Assembly (NCBI GenBank): GCA_947460245.1
Contig: CANHGL010000005.1
Location: forward strand, 25,121-89,120
DNA from: Sphingobacteriales bacterium
GTDB taxonomy: Bacteria > Bacteroidota > Bacteroidia > Chitinophagales > JADIYW01
Direction of reading: 5' to 3'
DNA: 64,000 bases
Shown one piece after another: positions 9,249 through 18,653 of this stretch (the first letter of the stretch is position 1; each line of letters begins with the position of its first letter). A model generated the notes under the pieces. It was not told the DNA's origin, searched no databases, and was given only the letters and a program-made list of their open reading frames with translations. The translations under genes were made by a program, and so were the position numbers.

Positions 9249-10864
9249 TGTATTACATGAAATTAAAATATAGCATTATCGTACTGGCATCAATATTGCT
9301 GAGTAGCTGTAATTCCGGTCCTGCTAAAAGTAACAAGGTATTTCATATGAATATCTCTGCCGGACTTACCTCTTTGGACCCTGCATTTTCCAAGGATCAG
9401 GCTACCATGTGGTGCGATAACCAATTATATAATGGTTTAGTGCAGATAGACGGTGCACTTCATGTAAAGCCTTGTATTGCTAAATCCTGGACCATTAGTG
9501 ATGATGGATTAACGTATGATTTTATTCTTAGAAAAGATGTTTTTTTTCATGACCATGCACAGTTTCCAAATGGCAAGGGTAGGAAAGTAGTTGCTCAGGA
9601 TTTTGTATACTCGTTCAATAGACTGATTGACTCCACCGTTGCCTCAACGGGTGGATGGCTATTTCATAATAAAGTAGATGTAAATCAACCTTTTGAAGCA
9701 ATAAATGATACGGTATTTAGGATCCATTTATTAAGTTCCTTTCAGCCTTTATTGGGTATGCTGACATTGCAATACTGTTCTGTAGTACCTAAAGAAGTAG
9801 TTGATTTCTATGGTAAGGATTTTCGTTCACATCCTATTGGCACAGGTCCATTTAAATTAGTAAGATGGGAAGAGAATAACACCTTGATTTTGAAAAGAAA
9901 TGAGGCTTATTTTGAAACAGATACTGCAGGTAATAGATTACCTTATCTGGAAGGTGTTCGATTTAGCTTTATTGCAGATAAGGGGACTGAATTTCTGCAA
10001 TTCTCGCAGGGTAAACTGGATTTTATGACGGGGCTGGATATTTCCTATAAGGATAAACTGCTTACTGCTGATGGTAAACTTCAAGAGGAATGGAAGCATC
10101 AGCTGGTTTTTGAAAAAATGCCTTATCTCAATACGGAATATTTAGGTATATCAATGCTAAAACAGCCCGTTGAGGCTCTTAAGAATAAGAAAGTCAGACA
10201 GGCCATTAATTACGCTATAGATCGTAAAAAGATGATTACTTTTTTACGAAATGGTATTGGAGTTCCCGCAGAGCATGGAATGATACCTAAGGGTATTCCT
10301 TGTTTTGATGATAAGGTTGTAAAAGGATATACATATGATCCTCAAAAGTCCAAACAGCTTTTAGAAGAAGCCGGTTATCCGAATGGGAAAGGGATTGGTA
10401 CTATTAAAATATATTCAAATCCAAGCTATCAGGATTTAATTACTAATATTGCCAATGAGCTAACCAATATTGGTATAACTTTAGAAATTGAAAATACACC
10501 GGCCACATTTTTACGAGAGGCTATGCGTAAAAATGAAGTACCGTTTTTCAGAGCTTCGTGGATTGGTGATTATCCTGATGGAGAAAACTACCTAACACTT
10601 TTTTATAGTAAAAATGGAGCTCCACCAAATTACACCTTCTTTAAAAATGAGCAATATGACAAGCTATATGAAGCAGCTTTAAAAGAGACAAATCAAGAAA
10701 AAGTATATGCCTTATATCATCAAATGGAGCAATTGATTATTGAAGAAGCTCCTGTTGTTCCTTTGTTTTATGATGAAGTGACACGTTTTAAACAAAAGTA
10801 TGTTCATGGTTTACCGAATAACGCAATGAATATGATAATTTTGAAAGAGGTGCAGATAAAATAA
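9248..10864 (+). CDS. ABC-transporter substrate-binding lipoprotein, family 5 (peptide/nickel type); orphan
   Basis: Lipoprotein signal (ILLSSC). 538 aa with SBP_bac_5-like blocks (FHDHAQF..., IGTGPFKLVRWE, LEYLGI-like NTEYLGISM). The start overlaps the previous stop (TAATG). Confidence 0.8.
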   Translation: MYYMKLKYSIIVLASILLSSCNSGPAKSNKVFHMNISAGLTSLDPAFSKDQATMWCDNQLYNGLVQIDGALHVKPCIAKSWTISDDGLTYDFILRKDVFFHDHAQFPNGKGRKVVAQDFVYSFNRLIDSTVASTGGWLFHNKVDVNQPFEAINDTVFRIHLLSSFQPLLGMLTLQYCSVVPKEVVDFYGKDFRSHPIGTGPFKLVRWEENNTLILKRNEAYFETDTAGNRLPYLEGVRFSFIADKGTEFLQFSQGKLDFMTGLDISYKDKLLTADGKLQEEWKHQLVFEKMPYLNTEYLGISMLKQPVEALKNKKVRQAINYAIDRKKMITFLRNGIGVPAEHGMIPKGIPCFDDKVVKGYTYDPQKSKQLLEEAGYPNGKGIGTIKIYSNPSYQDLITNIANELTNIGITLEIENTPATFLREAMRKNEVPFFRASWIGDYPDGENYLTLFYSKNGAPPNYTFFKNEQYDKLYEAALKETNQEKVYALYHQMEQLIIEEAPVVPLFYDEVTRFKQKYVHGLPNNAMNMIILKEVQIK

Positions 10865-10883
10865 ACATTTCTAATTAATACAT

Positions 10884-11687
10884 ATGATACACAATATTAT
10901 AAAAGACAAATCCACTAAGCTATTTATTTTTTTAGGAGGATTTTTTATTGCAAATGCATTTATTGCTGAAGTTATCGGAGTTAAAATATTCTCTTTGGAG
11001 AAAACAATTGGTATTACACCATTTCAAATACCATTATTTGGAAATGTATTTTCTTTTAATCTGACTGCAGGTGTTTTACTTTGGCCTGTTGTTTTCATTA
11101 TGACCGATATCATTAATGAATACTATGGCGAAAGAGGTGTTCGTTTTTTGTCTTACCTTACTGTTACGCTTCTGGCTTATGCCTTTGCCATGTATTATCT
11201 GGCGATTCACTTGGTTCCTGCTGATTGGTGGCCAGGCTCAAAAACAGCTCAGGGTGTAAATGATATGCAATCTGCTTATGCACAGGTTTTCGGACAGGGA
11301 ATTGCTATTATTTTAGGATCATTAATTGCATTTTTGGTTGGTCAGGTAGTGGACGTAGTGATATTTCATAAAATAAAAAAATGGAGTGGAGAGAAATATA
11401 TTTGGCTTAGGAGTACTGGCTCTACAGTAGTTTCTCAGTTTATTGACAGTTTTGTAGTGTTATTCTTTGCGTTTTATCTTTACCCTGCCTACATCAGTGA
11501 TGCTAATGGTAAAGCATGGGCCTTTAGTTTAGTGATGTCTATCTGTATTGGTAATTATATCTATAAATTTCTGATGGCAGTTGTTCTAACACCCGTTATC
11601 TATTGGGTGCATCATCTTATCGAGGGTTTCCTTGGGCATGAGCTGGCTACTCAAATGAAAAAGGCTGCATTGAAAGATGAAGTCTAA
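10884..11687 (+). CDS. yhhQ: Queuosine-precursor transporter (YhhQ/Vut/DUF165 family)
   Basis: Polytopic membrane protein of 267 aa with the conserved blocks WPVVFIMTDIINEYYG and VVSQFIDSFVV. Confidence 0.7.
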   Translation: MIHNIIKDKSTKLFIFLGGFFIANAFIAEVIGVKIFSLEKTIGITPFQIPLFGNVFSFNLTAGVLLWPVVFIMTDIINEYYGERGVRFLSYLTVTLLAYAFAMYYLAIHLVPADWWPGSKTAQGVNDMQSAYAQVFGQGIAIILGSLIAFLVGQVVDVVIFHKIKKWSGEKYIWLRSTGSTVVSQFIDSFVVLFFAFYLYPAYISDANGKAWAFSLVMSICIGNYIYKFLMAVVLTPVIYWVHHLIEGFLGHELATQMKKAALKDEV

Positions 11688-11728
11688 TCTTATTATAATA
11701 TTTTACTATCTTTGATATATAGAATTTT

Positions 11729-11890
11729 GGTTTTCGGTATTCAATATCGAAATTAAAAGGGAAACAGGTGTAAAACCTGTACAGTCCCAGCTGCTGTAAG
11801 CACTATTAGAAATTGCTGAACGCTACTACCACTGTTTGTTTTTTACGAATGGGAAGGTTTCAGCAAGGTGTAAGTCAGAAGACCTGCCAA
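11729..11890 (+). promoter_or_regulatory. Cobalamin (B12) riboswitch
   Basis: Conserved core AAAAGGGAAACAGGTGTAAAACCTGTACAGTCCCAGCTGCTGTAAGC, then CCACTG and GGGAAGG. The B12 box AAGTCAGAAGACCTGCC lies at 11872-11888. The element sits directly upstream of a TonB-dependent receptor. Confidence 0.85.
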
Positions 11891-11934
11891 TTTTCGTTGA
11901 ACTTTTAAATGTTCTGAGGAAACATTTCAGTTGT

Positions 11935-13845
11935 ATGGCTAAAATAGTTACATCTATACTATTTGTGTTTTTTGTTGTAATAACAGAAAACAACTTTGCT
12001 CAGCAAAGTAATACGCTATTGCAACAAATTGATACCATACGTATTGTTGGTTATACTATTCCTTCTCACACATCCATTTACAGTATTTCTGCAGTTCAGA
12101 AAATCGCATCTGCACAAACAGATATTGCTGACGTCTTGCAATTGAGCACACCAGTATATATCAATTCATACGGATTCAGTAATTCTTCCTCTGTTTCTAT
12201 TCGCGGGGGAAATGATGATCATACAAATGTTTATTGGAATGGTCTTAAAATAAACTCCTTAAGTTTAGGGGGTACAGATATTTCGCTGATACCATTGGAA
12301 AGTGGGACTGAAATAACTGTAAATACAAATACAACATCTTTGGGTGGAGATATAGATATATCTACTAAACCCAATTGGCAAAATAAATATGCCATCAGAG
12401 TCAGAAGCGATGTCGGTAGTTTCGATCATTTTAGAAATCAATTGTCGCTGGAGTTAGGAAATAAGAACATTCAACTACAAACCAGTGCTTTTCATCTAAC
12501 TGCAAAAAATAATTTTCCATACTCTGATTACTATAAATTCAATAATCCCCAAGAAGTAGCGAATCATAATTCAGTTCGTCAGTCTGGAGTAGTAAATAAT
12601 TTATTTATAAAATTGAAAAAACAATCTTTTATATCCATAGGTAGTTGGTATGGAATGAGAAATAAAGATATCCCAGCGATTATGGGGGTGAATAATGAAA
12701 GTAATAAATACCAAAAGGACAGAGCCATACGCCATAATCTAAATTGGGACAGGTATGGGTCTATGGTTCAGTATCATTTTTCTATAGCACATACCTATGA
12801 TGCTTTAAATTACAGCGATAAATTATTGCCTACAGATACTTTTCTATTTATTAATTCCAATTATGCCACCAATAGGATAGCACAATCTTTTTCTACTACG
12901 CTATTTTTAAAATATGGAATTTCTTTAATCTCAGGATATCATTATCAACTACTGATGGCCAATGTTCAGGAGTACACTAAAAAAGCATATGATCATATTG
13001 GAGATGTTTATTCGCAAGTAAAATGGCAGAAAGGGACTTATTCTGCTTCTTTAACAGTAACTCAACCTTTCTCTTCCTATAAGTATTTAAGGCCTCAAAT
13101 AGGGGTAGAAGCTGGGTATACGCTTCCTAATAAAAAATATAGCATTTCAATATCTTATTCAGATAAGTATAGATTTCCAGATTTAAATGATCGCTATTGG
13201 TATCCAGGCGGAAACCATGCTATCAAACCAGAATATGGATGGTCTATAAATCTTGGTAATTCATTTCATTTGAATGAAAAATCTAATAGACATGAACTTA
13301 CTGGTCAGATAAATCTTTATTACAGCCAGATAAAAAATAATATTGTTTGGACGCCTATAACCAGTATTAATTGGTCGCCTAAAAATCTAAAGAAGACTAG
13401 TCTGTATGGAACCGAATTGCAATTAAATTACTCCTACACGCATCCTAAGCTTTCCTTAAATTTCAATACACTCTATAATTTTAATAGAACACAAATAGTA
13501 AGTGAACTTTACCGACAGGATTTAGTAGGTAATTTTTTAAGGTATAAACCTCAGCATACTTTTCGTGCTTCTGTGTATGCAGAGCAGGAATTCTTAGGTG
13601 TAGGTCTCAACTATCAATTTGTATCCACGCGCTATACAGATGAAGAAAATTTTTCTTTTTTTGCCTTAAAGCCTTATCATCTCGTTGATATGTACCTTTC
13701 ATTTAAAGGATTTATTAAAGCACATCAATTGCAAATTATATTCAAGATAAATAATATTTCTGGAACGTCTTATGAGTCAATACGAGCATATGCACAACCG
13801 TCTAGGAATTATATGATTTCCTTTATTTACCACTTTAAAAAATAA
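11935..13845 (+). CDS. btuB: TonB-dependent vitamin B12 receptor (BtuB-like)
   Basis: Start moved to the ATG at 11935 (MAKIVTSILFVFFVV signal peptide), because the longer TTG-initiated ORF runs through the riboswitch. Plug-domain block VSIRGGNDDHTNVYWNGLKIN and a beta-barrel C terminus. The riboswitch lies upstream. Confidence 0.8.
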   Translation: MAKIVTSILFVFFVVITENNFAQQSNTLLQQIDTIRIVGYTIPSHTSIYSISAVQKIASAQTDIADVLQLSTPVYINSYGFSNSSSVSIRGGNDDHTNVYWNGLKINSLSLGGTDISLIPLESGTEITVNTNTTSLGGDIDISTKPNWQNKYAIRVRSDVGSFDHFRNQLSLELGNKNIQLQTSAFHLTAKNNFPYSDYYKFNNPQEVANHNSVRQSGVVNNLFIKLKKQSFISIGSWYGMRNKDIPAIMGVNNESNKYQKDRAIRHNLNWDRYGSMVQYHFSIAHTYDALNYSDKLLPTDTFLFINSNYATNRIAQSFSTTLFLKYGISLISGYHYQLLMANVQEYTKKAYDHIGDVYSQVKWQKGTYSASLTVTQPFSSYKYLRPQIGVEAGYTLPNKKYSISISYSDKYRFPDLNDRYWYPGGNHAIKPEYGWSINLGNSFHLNEKSNRHELTGQINLYYSQIKNNIVWTPITSINWSPKNLKKTSLYGTELQLNYSYTHPKLSLNFNTLYNFNRTQIVSELYRQDLVGNFLRYKPQHTFRASVYAEQEFLGVGLNYQFVSTRYTDEENFSFFALKPYHLVDMYLSFKGFIKAHQLQIIFKINNISGTSYESIRAYAQPSRNYMISFIYHFKK

Positions 13846-13850
13846 GCACT

Positions 13851-14930
13851 ATGAAATTAATCTCTAAAATTCCTTTATTTATTATTTTATTTACAATGTC
13901 ATGCAGTAAGGAACAGACAGCTATCGCACCGGATAATTATGTTGAGTCGGGGTCTGCAATAGTCGTAAATGAAGGTGGCTTCCAGAAGAACAATGGCAGC
14001 ATATCGTACATATCCAGAAATAATACAGTATATAATAATGTGTTTGAACAGTCCAATAATGGTCAAATTGTTGGTGATATTTTACAGTCTTTTACGCGCA
14101 GTGGTAATTATGGAATTATATGTGCTAATAATTCTCAAAAAGTTATTGTCTTAGATGCACGAACCTTTAAACAAGTTGCAAACATTACCAATGGAACAGA
14201 CTATCCAAGATTTGCATTGGGTGTAGCTGCTAATAAAGTTTATATTACCAATGGAAGTAGTGTTGGTTCCGTACTGGTATTAAATCTTAATACATTTACC
14301 ATCGATAAAGTCATTGCAGTTGGTGATGGACCTGAAGAGATGTTAGCTGTAAATGGGAAAGTGTATGTAGCCAATAGTGGTGGTTTTGGCAATAATAATA
14401 CCGTTAGTATCATTGATATAGCTACCGATAGAGTGATAAATACAATAACAGTTGGGGATTATCCAACAGAGATTGAAAAAGATGCAGACGGATTTCTTTG
14501 GGTATTGTGTAAAGGCGCAATAATATATCCAGCACCAAACTATGCTCCGGTTCGCCAATCTGCTGCTAAGGTAGTCAGGATAAATCCTTTAAATAATTCA
14601 ATAGATAAGTCTATAGATCTTGTTCCGGCGAATGCAGATTTAAGTGCTGCTGATAATCTTGATATTAGTGGTGATGGCAGTAGAGTTTATGTATGTGTAG
14701 ATGATAAGGTATATGAATTTCCCATTACAGCATCAGCATTGCCAGTTATTCCAATTATTAATCGTTTTTTTTATGGATTGGATGTACATCCCTATACCAA
14801 TGAAATTTGGGGGGTTGATCCCGGAGATTATAATGAAGCCGGAAAAGTTATACGCTATAATAGTTCAGCCCAACCTGTAGATTCTTTTAGAGTGGGTATT
14901 ATACCTAGTGGTGTTTATTTTAATTTTTAA
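13851..14930 (+). CDS. Surface lipoprotein with YVTN/YncE-type beta-propeller repeats (candidate BtuG-like B12-capture protein)
   Basis: Lipobox FTMSC. Repeated blocks of the type KVYVANSGG.NNTVSIIDIATDRVINTITVGDYP. It lies 5 nt downstream of btuB. Confidence 0.6.
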   Translation: MKLISKIPLFIILFTMSCSKEQTAIAPDNYVESGSAIVVNEGGFQKNNGSISYISRNNTVYNNVFEQSNNGQIVGDILQSFTRSGNYGIICANNSQKVIVLDARTFKQVANITNGTDYPRFALGVAANKVYITNGSSVGSVLVLNLNTFTIDKVIAVGDGPEEMLAVNGKVYVANSGGFGNNNTVSIIDIATDRVINTITVGDYPTEIEKDADGFLWVLCKGAIIYPAPNYAPVRQSAAKVVRINPLNNSIDKSIDLVPANADLSAADNLDISGDGSRVYVCVDDKVYEFPITASALPVIPIINRFFYGLDVHPYTNEIWGVDPGDYNEAGKVIRYNSSAQPVDSFRVGIIPSGVYFNF

Positions 14931-14958
14931 TACTCTTTAGGATTATGTATATTTATTT

Positions 14959-15498
14959 ATGTATTTAGAACATAATTATTGTGTTTCCTGTGGTGCATCA
15001 GTGGTGCTAAAATTGTCTGATGGACGCGATAGGATTTATTGTGTTCAATGTGAAACTATTCATTATACCAACCCAAAGATGGTAGTAGGTGCATTGGCTG
15101 TATGGGAAGATAAGGTCTTATTGTGTAAGAGAGCCATTGAGCCAAGAAAGGGGTATTGGAATCTGCCAGCAGGTTATTTGGAGGATTTTGAAAAAGCTGA
15201 AGACGGAGCAATTAGGGAAACCTTGGAAGAAGCAGGGGCTCATATTGAAATTGAAAAAATACATGTATTATATAACTTACCACAGGCAAATCAAGTATAT
15301 ATACATTTTTTAGCTAAGATAAAGGATGGAATAGTGCTAAACGGAGAAGAAAGTTTGGAATCTGCATTGTTCCTGGAAGAAGAAATACCCTGGGAGGATA
15401 TGGCTTTTACCTCTTCGACTTTTGCATTAAGAAAGTATTTTGACGATAGGAAATCAGGAGTAAGTTCTACGCATCTTGGATCGTATCCTGAAAAATAA
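14959..15498 (+). CDS. Nudix hydrolase with N-terminal zinc ribbon
   Basis: CVSCG...CVQCE zinc ribbon, then the Nudix box GYWNLPAGYLEDFEKAEDGAIRETLEEAG. Confidence 0.8.
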   Translation: MYLEHNYCVSCGASVVLKLSDGRDRIYCVQCETIHYTNPKMVVGALAVWEDKVLLCKRAIEPRKGYWNLPAGYLEDFEKAEDGAIRETLEEAGAHIEIEKIHVLYNLPQANQVYIHFLAKIKDGIVLNGEESLESALFLEEEIPWEDMAFTSSTFALRKYFDDRKSGVSSTHLGSYPEK

Positions 15499-15544
15499 AC
15501 ACCAAATAATGAATTAAATATTAGCTATTCCTTATATTTACACC

Positions 15545-16123
15545 ATGGAAAAATTACACTTCTCTTCATCTAAATTTTTAGTAGCATTTCTTGTTGTAGT
15601 TGCTTTAATTTTCAGATTAATTCCACATCCATTTAACTTTACACCAGTAATGGCTATTGCCTTATTTGCAGGTGCCAAATTTAAAGATACGATATGGTCA
15701 ATTATTGTTCCCATTAGTGCATTATTTTTAAGCGATATTTTATTGTCTTTATTAAATAATTATCCACTTTTTCACAACACTATTTTCTTTGTATACTTTT
15801 CCTATCTTTTAATAATTATGCTAGGATGGAAGCTGCGCAACTCATCTTTAAATATATTTAAAACAATTTCTTTTACCTTGATATCCTCTATCTTATTCTT
15901 TGTTATCACTAATTTGGGAGTATGGATGTTTGGAGGTATATATAGTGCTGACTTTAACGGATTACAAACGTGTTTTCTGATGGCAATTCCTTTCTTTAAA
16001 TATTCCTTAACAGGTGATCTTTTCTGGGTTGCAGTTTTATTTGGAGTATATGAATATTCCAGCAGAAAATTACCAATCATCTTTTCCAAACTTGCTGCTG
16101 AACGTAATTCAGTAAAACGCTGA
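15545..16123 (+). CDS. Small polytopic membrane protein (DUF6580-like putative transporter component)
   Basis: 192 aa with about 5-6 hydrophobic helices. The N-terminal block RLIPHPFNFTPVMAIALFAGAKF matches my memory of the DUF6580 family. Confidence 0.45.
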   Translation: MEKLHFSSSKFLVAFLVVVALIFRLIPHPFNFTPVMAIALFAGAKFKDTIWSIIVPISALFLSDILLSLLNNYPLFHNTIFFVYFSYLLIIMLGWKLRNSSLNIFKTISFTLISSILFFVITNLGVWMFGGIYSADFNGLQTCFLMAIPFFKYSLTGDLFWVAVLFGVYEYSSRKLPIIFSKLAAERNSVKR

Positions 16124-16210
16124 TAATCTTATCATTTATCCTTTTTAACAGGTTTTAAACATCTTCGGTTAATGATGATATTTAATTCCCTGTTGCTGTC
16201 TTTTATTCCT

Positions 16211-16218
16211 TACTTTTG
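16211..16218 (+). promoter_or_regulatory. Candidate Bacteroidota -7 promoter box (TACTTTTG) for glmM
   Basis: Exact match to TAnnTTTG, 21 nt upstream of the glmM start. Confidence 0.4.
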
Positions 16219-16238
16219 ACTTTCTAAAAAAAAACAAT

Positions 16239-17630
16239 TTGTCATTAATAAAATCTATTTCAGGAATTCGTGGTACCATAGGAGGAAAATCCGGTGATGC
16301 ATTAACCCCGATTGATATTGCAAAATTCACGTTGGCTTTTGGCAGTATACTAAAGGCGCAAGGTGCTAAAAAAATTGTAGTCGGAAGAGATGCACGTATT
16401 TCAGGTGACATGGTGCATCGGATTATAACTGGAAATCTTTTAGGAATTGGTATTCATGTAGTGGATTTAGGCTTGGCAACCACTCCAACTGTGGAGTTAG
16501 CCGTTACTGCAGAAGAAGCAGATGGTGGAATTATCATCACCGCAAGCCATAATCCGAAGCAATGGAATGCATTAAAGTTGTTAAACAGCAAGGGTGAGTT
16601 TATTTCCCAGGCATTAGGATTAGAAGTTTTAGAACTTGCAGAACAGGGTGATTTTGATTTTGTGGATGTTGATCAACTGGGACAGATAGAATATAAAGAC
16701 TATTTAGAATATCATATCTCTAAAATACTGGAGATACCTTTTGTAAACAAAGCAGCTATTGAGGCAAAAAATTTTAAAATTGTAATAGATGCTGTTAATA
16801 GCGTGGGTGGATTTGCAGTTCCTAAGCTTCTTGAAGCGTTAGGTGTTAAAGAAACTGTAGAATTGTATTGTGAGCCTAATGGTAGGTTTGCTCATAATCC
16901 CGAGCCACTCCCTGAACATCTTTCCAATCTTAGTTCTGCTGTAAAACAAAATAATGCTGATCTAGGGATAGCCGTTGATCCGGATGTAGATCGCCTAGCA
17001 CTTATAGATGAGCAAGGTATACCATTTGGTGAAGAATTTACACTTGTTGCTGTTGCAGATTATGTATTAATGCATAAAAAAGGAAATACCGTATCTAATC
17101 TTTCTTCTACAAAGGCCTTACGCGATATTACAGAGAAATATGGTGCATCCTATTTTACATCTGCTGTAGGTGAGGTAAATGTAGTAGAAAAAATGAAGGA
17201 AGTCGATGCAGTTATTGGTGGTGAAGGAAACGGAGGAGTAATCTATCCTGAATTACACTATGGCAGAGATGCATTGGTTGGTATTGCATTATTTTTATCA
17301 CATTTGGCTACGTCAAATAAAAGCACTAATAATCTGAGATCGCTCTACCCAAATTATGTAATATCTAAAAATAAAATACAATTGGAAGAGGGCATGAACC
17401 TTTCTTTTATAATTAGAAAAATTGCAGAAAAATATAGCCATTATCCTCAGAACGCTATTGATGGACTAAGGATTGATATTGATGAAGATTGGGTGCATAT
17501 AAGGGGTTCCAATACAGAGCCAATCATTCGTATTTATGCAGAGGGTTCTACTGAGAAAACTGCAGATAATATTGCAAAAAAAATGATGGATGATATCAAA
17601 ATGATTCTCCAAGGCGAACAGGAGGCATAA
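16239..17630 (+). CDS. glmM: Phosphoglucosamine mutase
   Basis: MSLIKSISGIRGTIGG N terminus (TTG start), phosphoserine loop TASHNPKQWNALK, and Mg site GIAVDPDVDR. Confidence 0.85.
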   Translation: MSLIKSISGIRGTIGGKSGDALTPIDIAKFTLAFGSILKAQGAKKIVVGRDARISGDMVHRIITGNLLGIGIHVVDLGLATTPTVELAVTAEEADGGIIITASHNPKQWNALKLLNSKGEFISQALGLEVLELAEQGDFDFVDVDQLGQIEYKDYLEYHISKILEIPFVNKAAIEAKNFKIVIDAVNSVGGFAVPKLLEALGVKETVELYCEPNGRFAHNPEPLPEHLSNLSSAVKQNNADLGIAVDPDVDRLALIDEQGIPFGEEFTLVAVADYVLMHKKGNTVSNLSSTKALRDITEKYGASYFTSAVGEVNVVEKMKEVDAVIGGEGNGGVIYPELHYGRDALVGIALFLSHLATSNKSTNNLRSLYPNYVISKNKIQLEEGMNLSFIIRKIAEKYSHYPQNAIDGLRIDIDEDWVHIRGSNTEPIIRIYAEGSTEKTADNIAKKMMDDIKMILQGEQEA

Positions 17631-17642
17631 CCTAGAATATTG

Positions 17643-18653
17643 ATGGCAGCTACTTTAGAATCTATATGGAGCAAATTGCAGTCAAATAAATTTGACCCTA
17701 TATATTTTCTATGCGGTGAAGAATCCTATTATATTGATCTTATAGAAGACTATATAGCAGAGCACGCCCTTGCGCCTCACGAAAAAGATTTTAATTATTC
17801 TATATTTTATGGTAAGGATACAGATCCTGTTAATGTGTTAAATGAAGCCAAGCAATATCCTACTTTTGCAGAGAAAAGGCTTATTATTATAAGGGAAGCC
17901 CAGGAGTTTAAGGCCAAGGATTGGGAAATACTGGAAAAGTATTTTGAGCAACCTGTTGAATCTACCATACTAATATGCGCTCATAAAAATAAAACGCTGG
18001 ATAAACGTACCAAAACTTCCAAAACTATTGAGAAAAACAGCGTTTATTTTGAGTCAAAGAAAATTTCTGATGAAGCTTTACCTGAATGGATATCGGCGTA
18101 TGTAAAAAAACTTGATTTTAAGATTAGCACATTGGCTGCAACTATTATCGCTGAGAGTTTAGGGAATGACTTAAGCAGGATTTCAAAAGAAATTGATAAA
18201 CTAAGTGTAATGCTTTCAGATAAGTCTGAAATTACGCCTGAAATCATTGAAAAATACATTGGTATTTCTAAGGAATATAATGTAACTGAATTTAATAAAG
18301 CTATTACAAGTAAAGATTTTTCCAAAGCCATGAGAATGGTTTTGTACTTCGAAAAGAATCCAAAAGCAGGACCTCTCATCCAGATTCTTGCTTTCTTATA
18401 TAATCATTTCAGCAAGTTGTTTGTAATTCAAAAATCAGCTGATTTACAATCTGCCTCAGTAGCTATGGGTTTCAAAGGAGGCTGGATGCCGGATGATTTA
18501 AAATACGGTGTAAAATATTATTCTCCTGACAAAACACAGGAAATTATTCAATTACTTTGTTTATACGATGCTAAAGCAAAAGGATTATACGCAACCAATA
18601 ATAGTTCTGATGCAGATTTATTAAAAGAATTGGTGTATCAGATAATGAAGTAA
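17643..18653 (+). CDS. holA: DNA polymerase III delta subunit
   Basis: About 336 aa. The N-terminal block FDPIYFLCGEESYYID and overall helical C-terminal domains are typical of HolA. ATG at 17643 is preferred over TTG at 17640. Confidence 0.75.
   Translation: MAATLESIWSKLQSNKFDPIYFLCGEESYYIDLIEDYIAEHALAPHEKDFNYSIFYGKDTDPVNVLNEAKQYPTFAEKRLIIIREAQEFKAKDWEILEKYFEQPVESTILICAHKNKTLDKRTKTSKTIEKNSVYFESKKISDEALPEWISAYVKKLDFKISTLAATIIAESLGNDLSRISKEIDKLSVMLSDKSEITPEIIEKYIGISKEYNVTEFNKAITSKDFSKAMRMVLYFEKNPKAGPLIQILAFLYNHFSKLFVIQKSADLQSASVAMGFKGGWMPDDLKYGVKYYSPDKTQEIIQLLCLYDAKAKGLYATNNSSDADLLKELVYQIMK

Noticed and set aside
11836-11934. The 5' extension of the btuB ORF in the six-frame track (TTG start, MFFTNGKVSARCKSEDLPIF...).
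   Set aside because: This stretch is the 3' half of the cobalamin riboswitch, including the B12 box. A proper signal peptide begins at the in-frame ATG at 11935, so the extension is non-coding RNA read through by chance.
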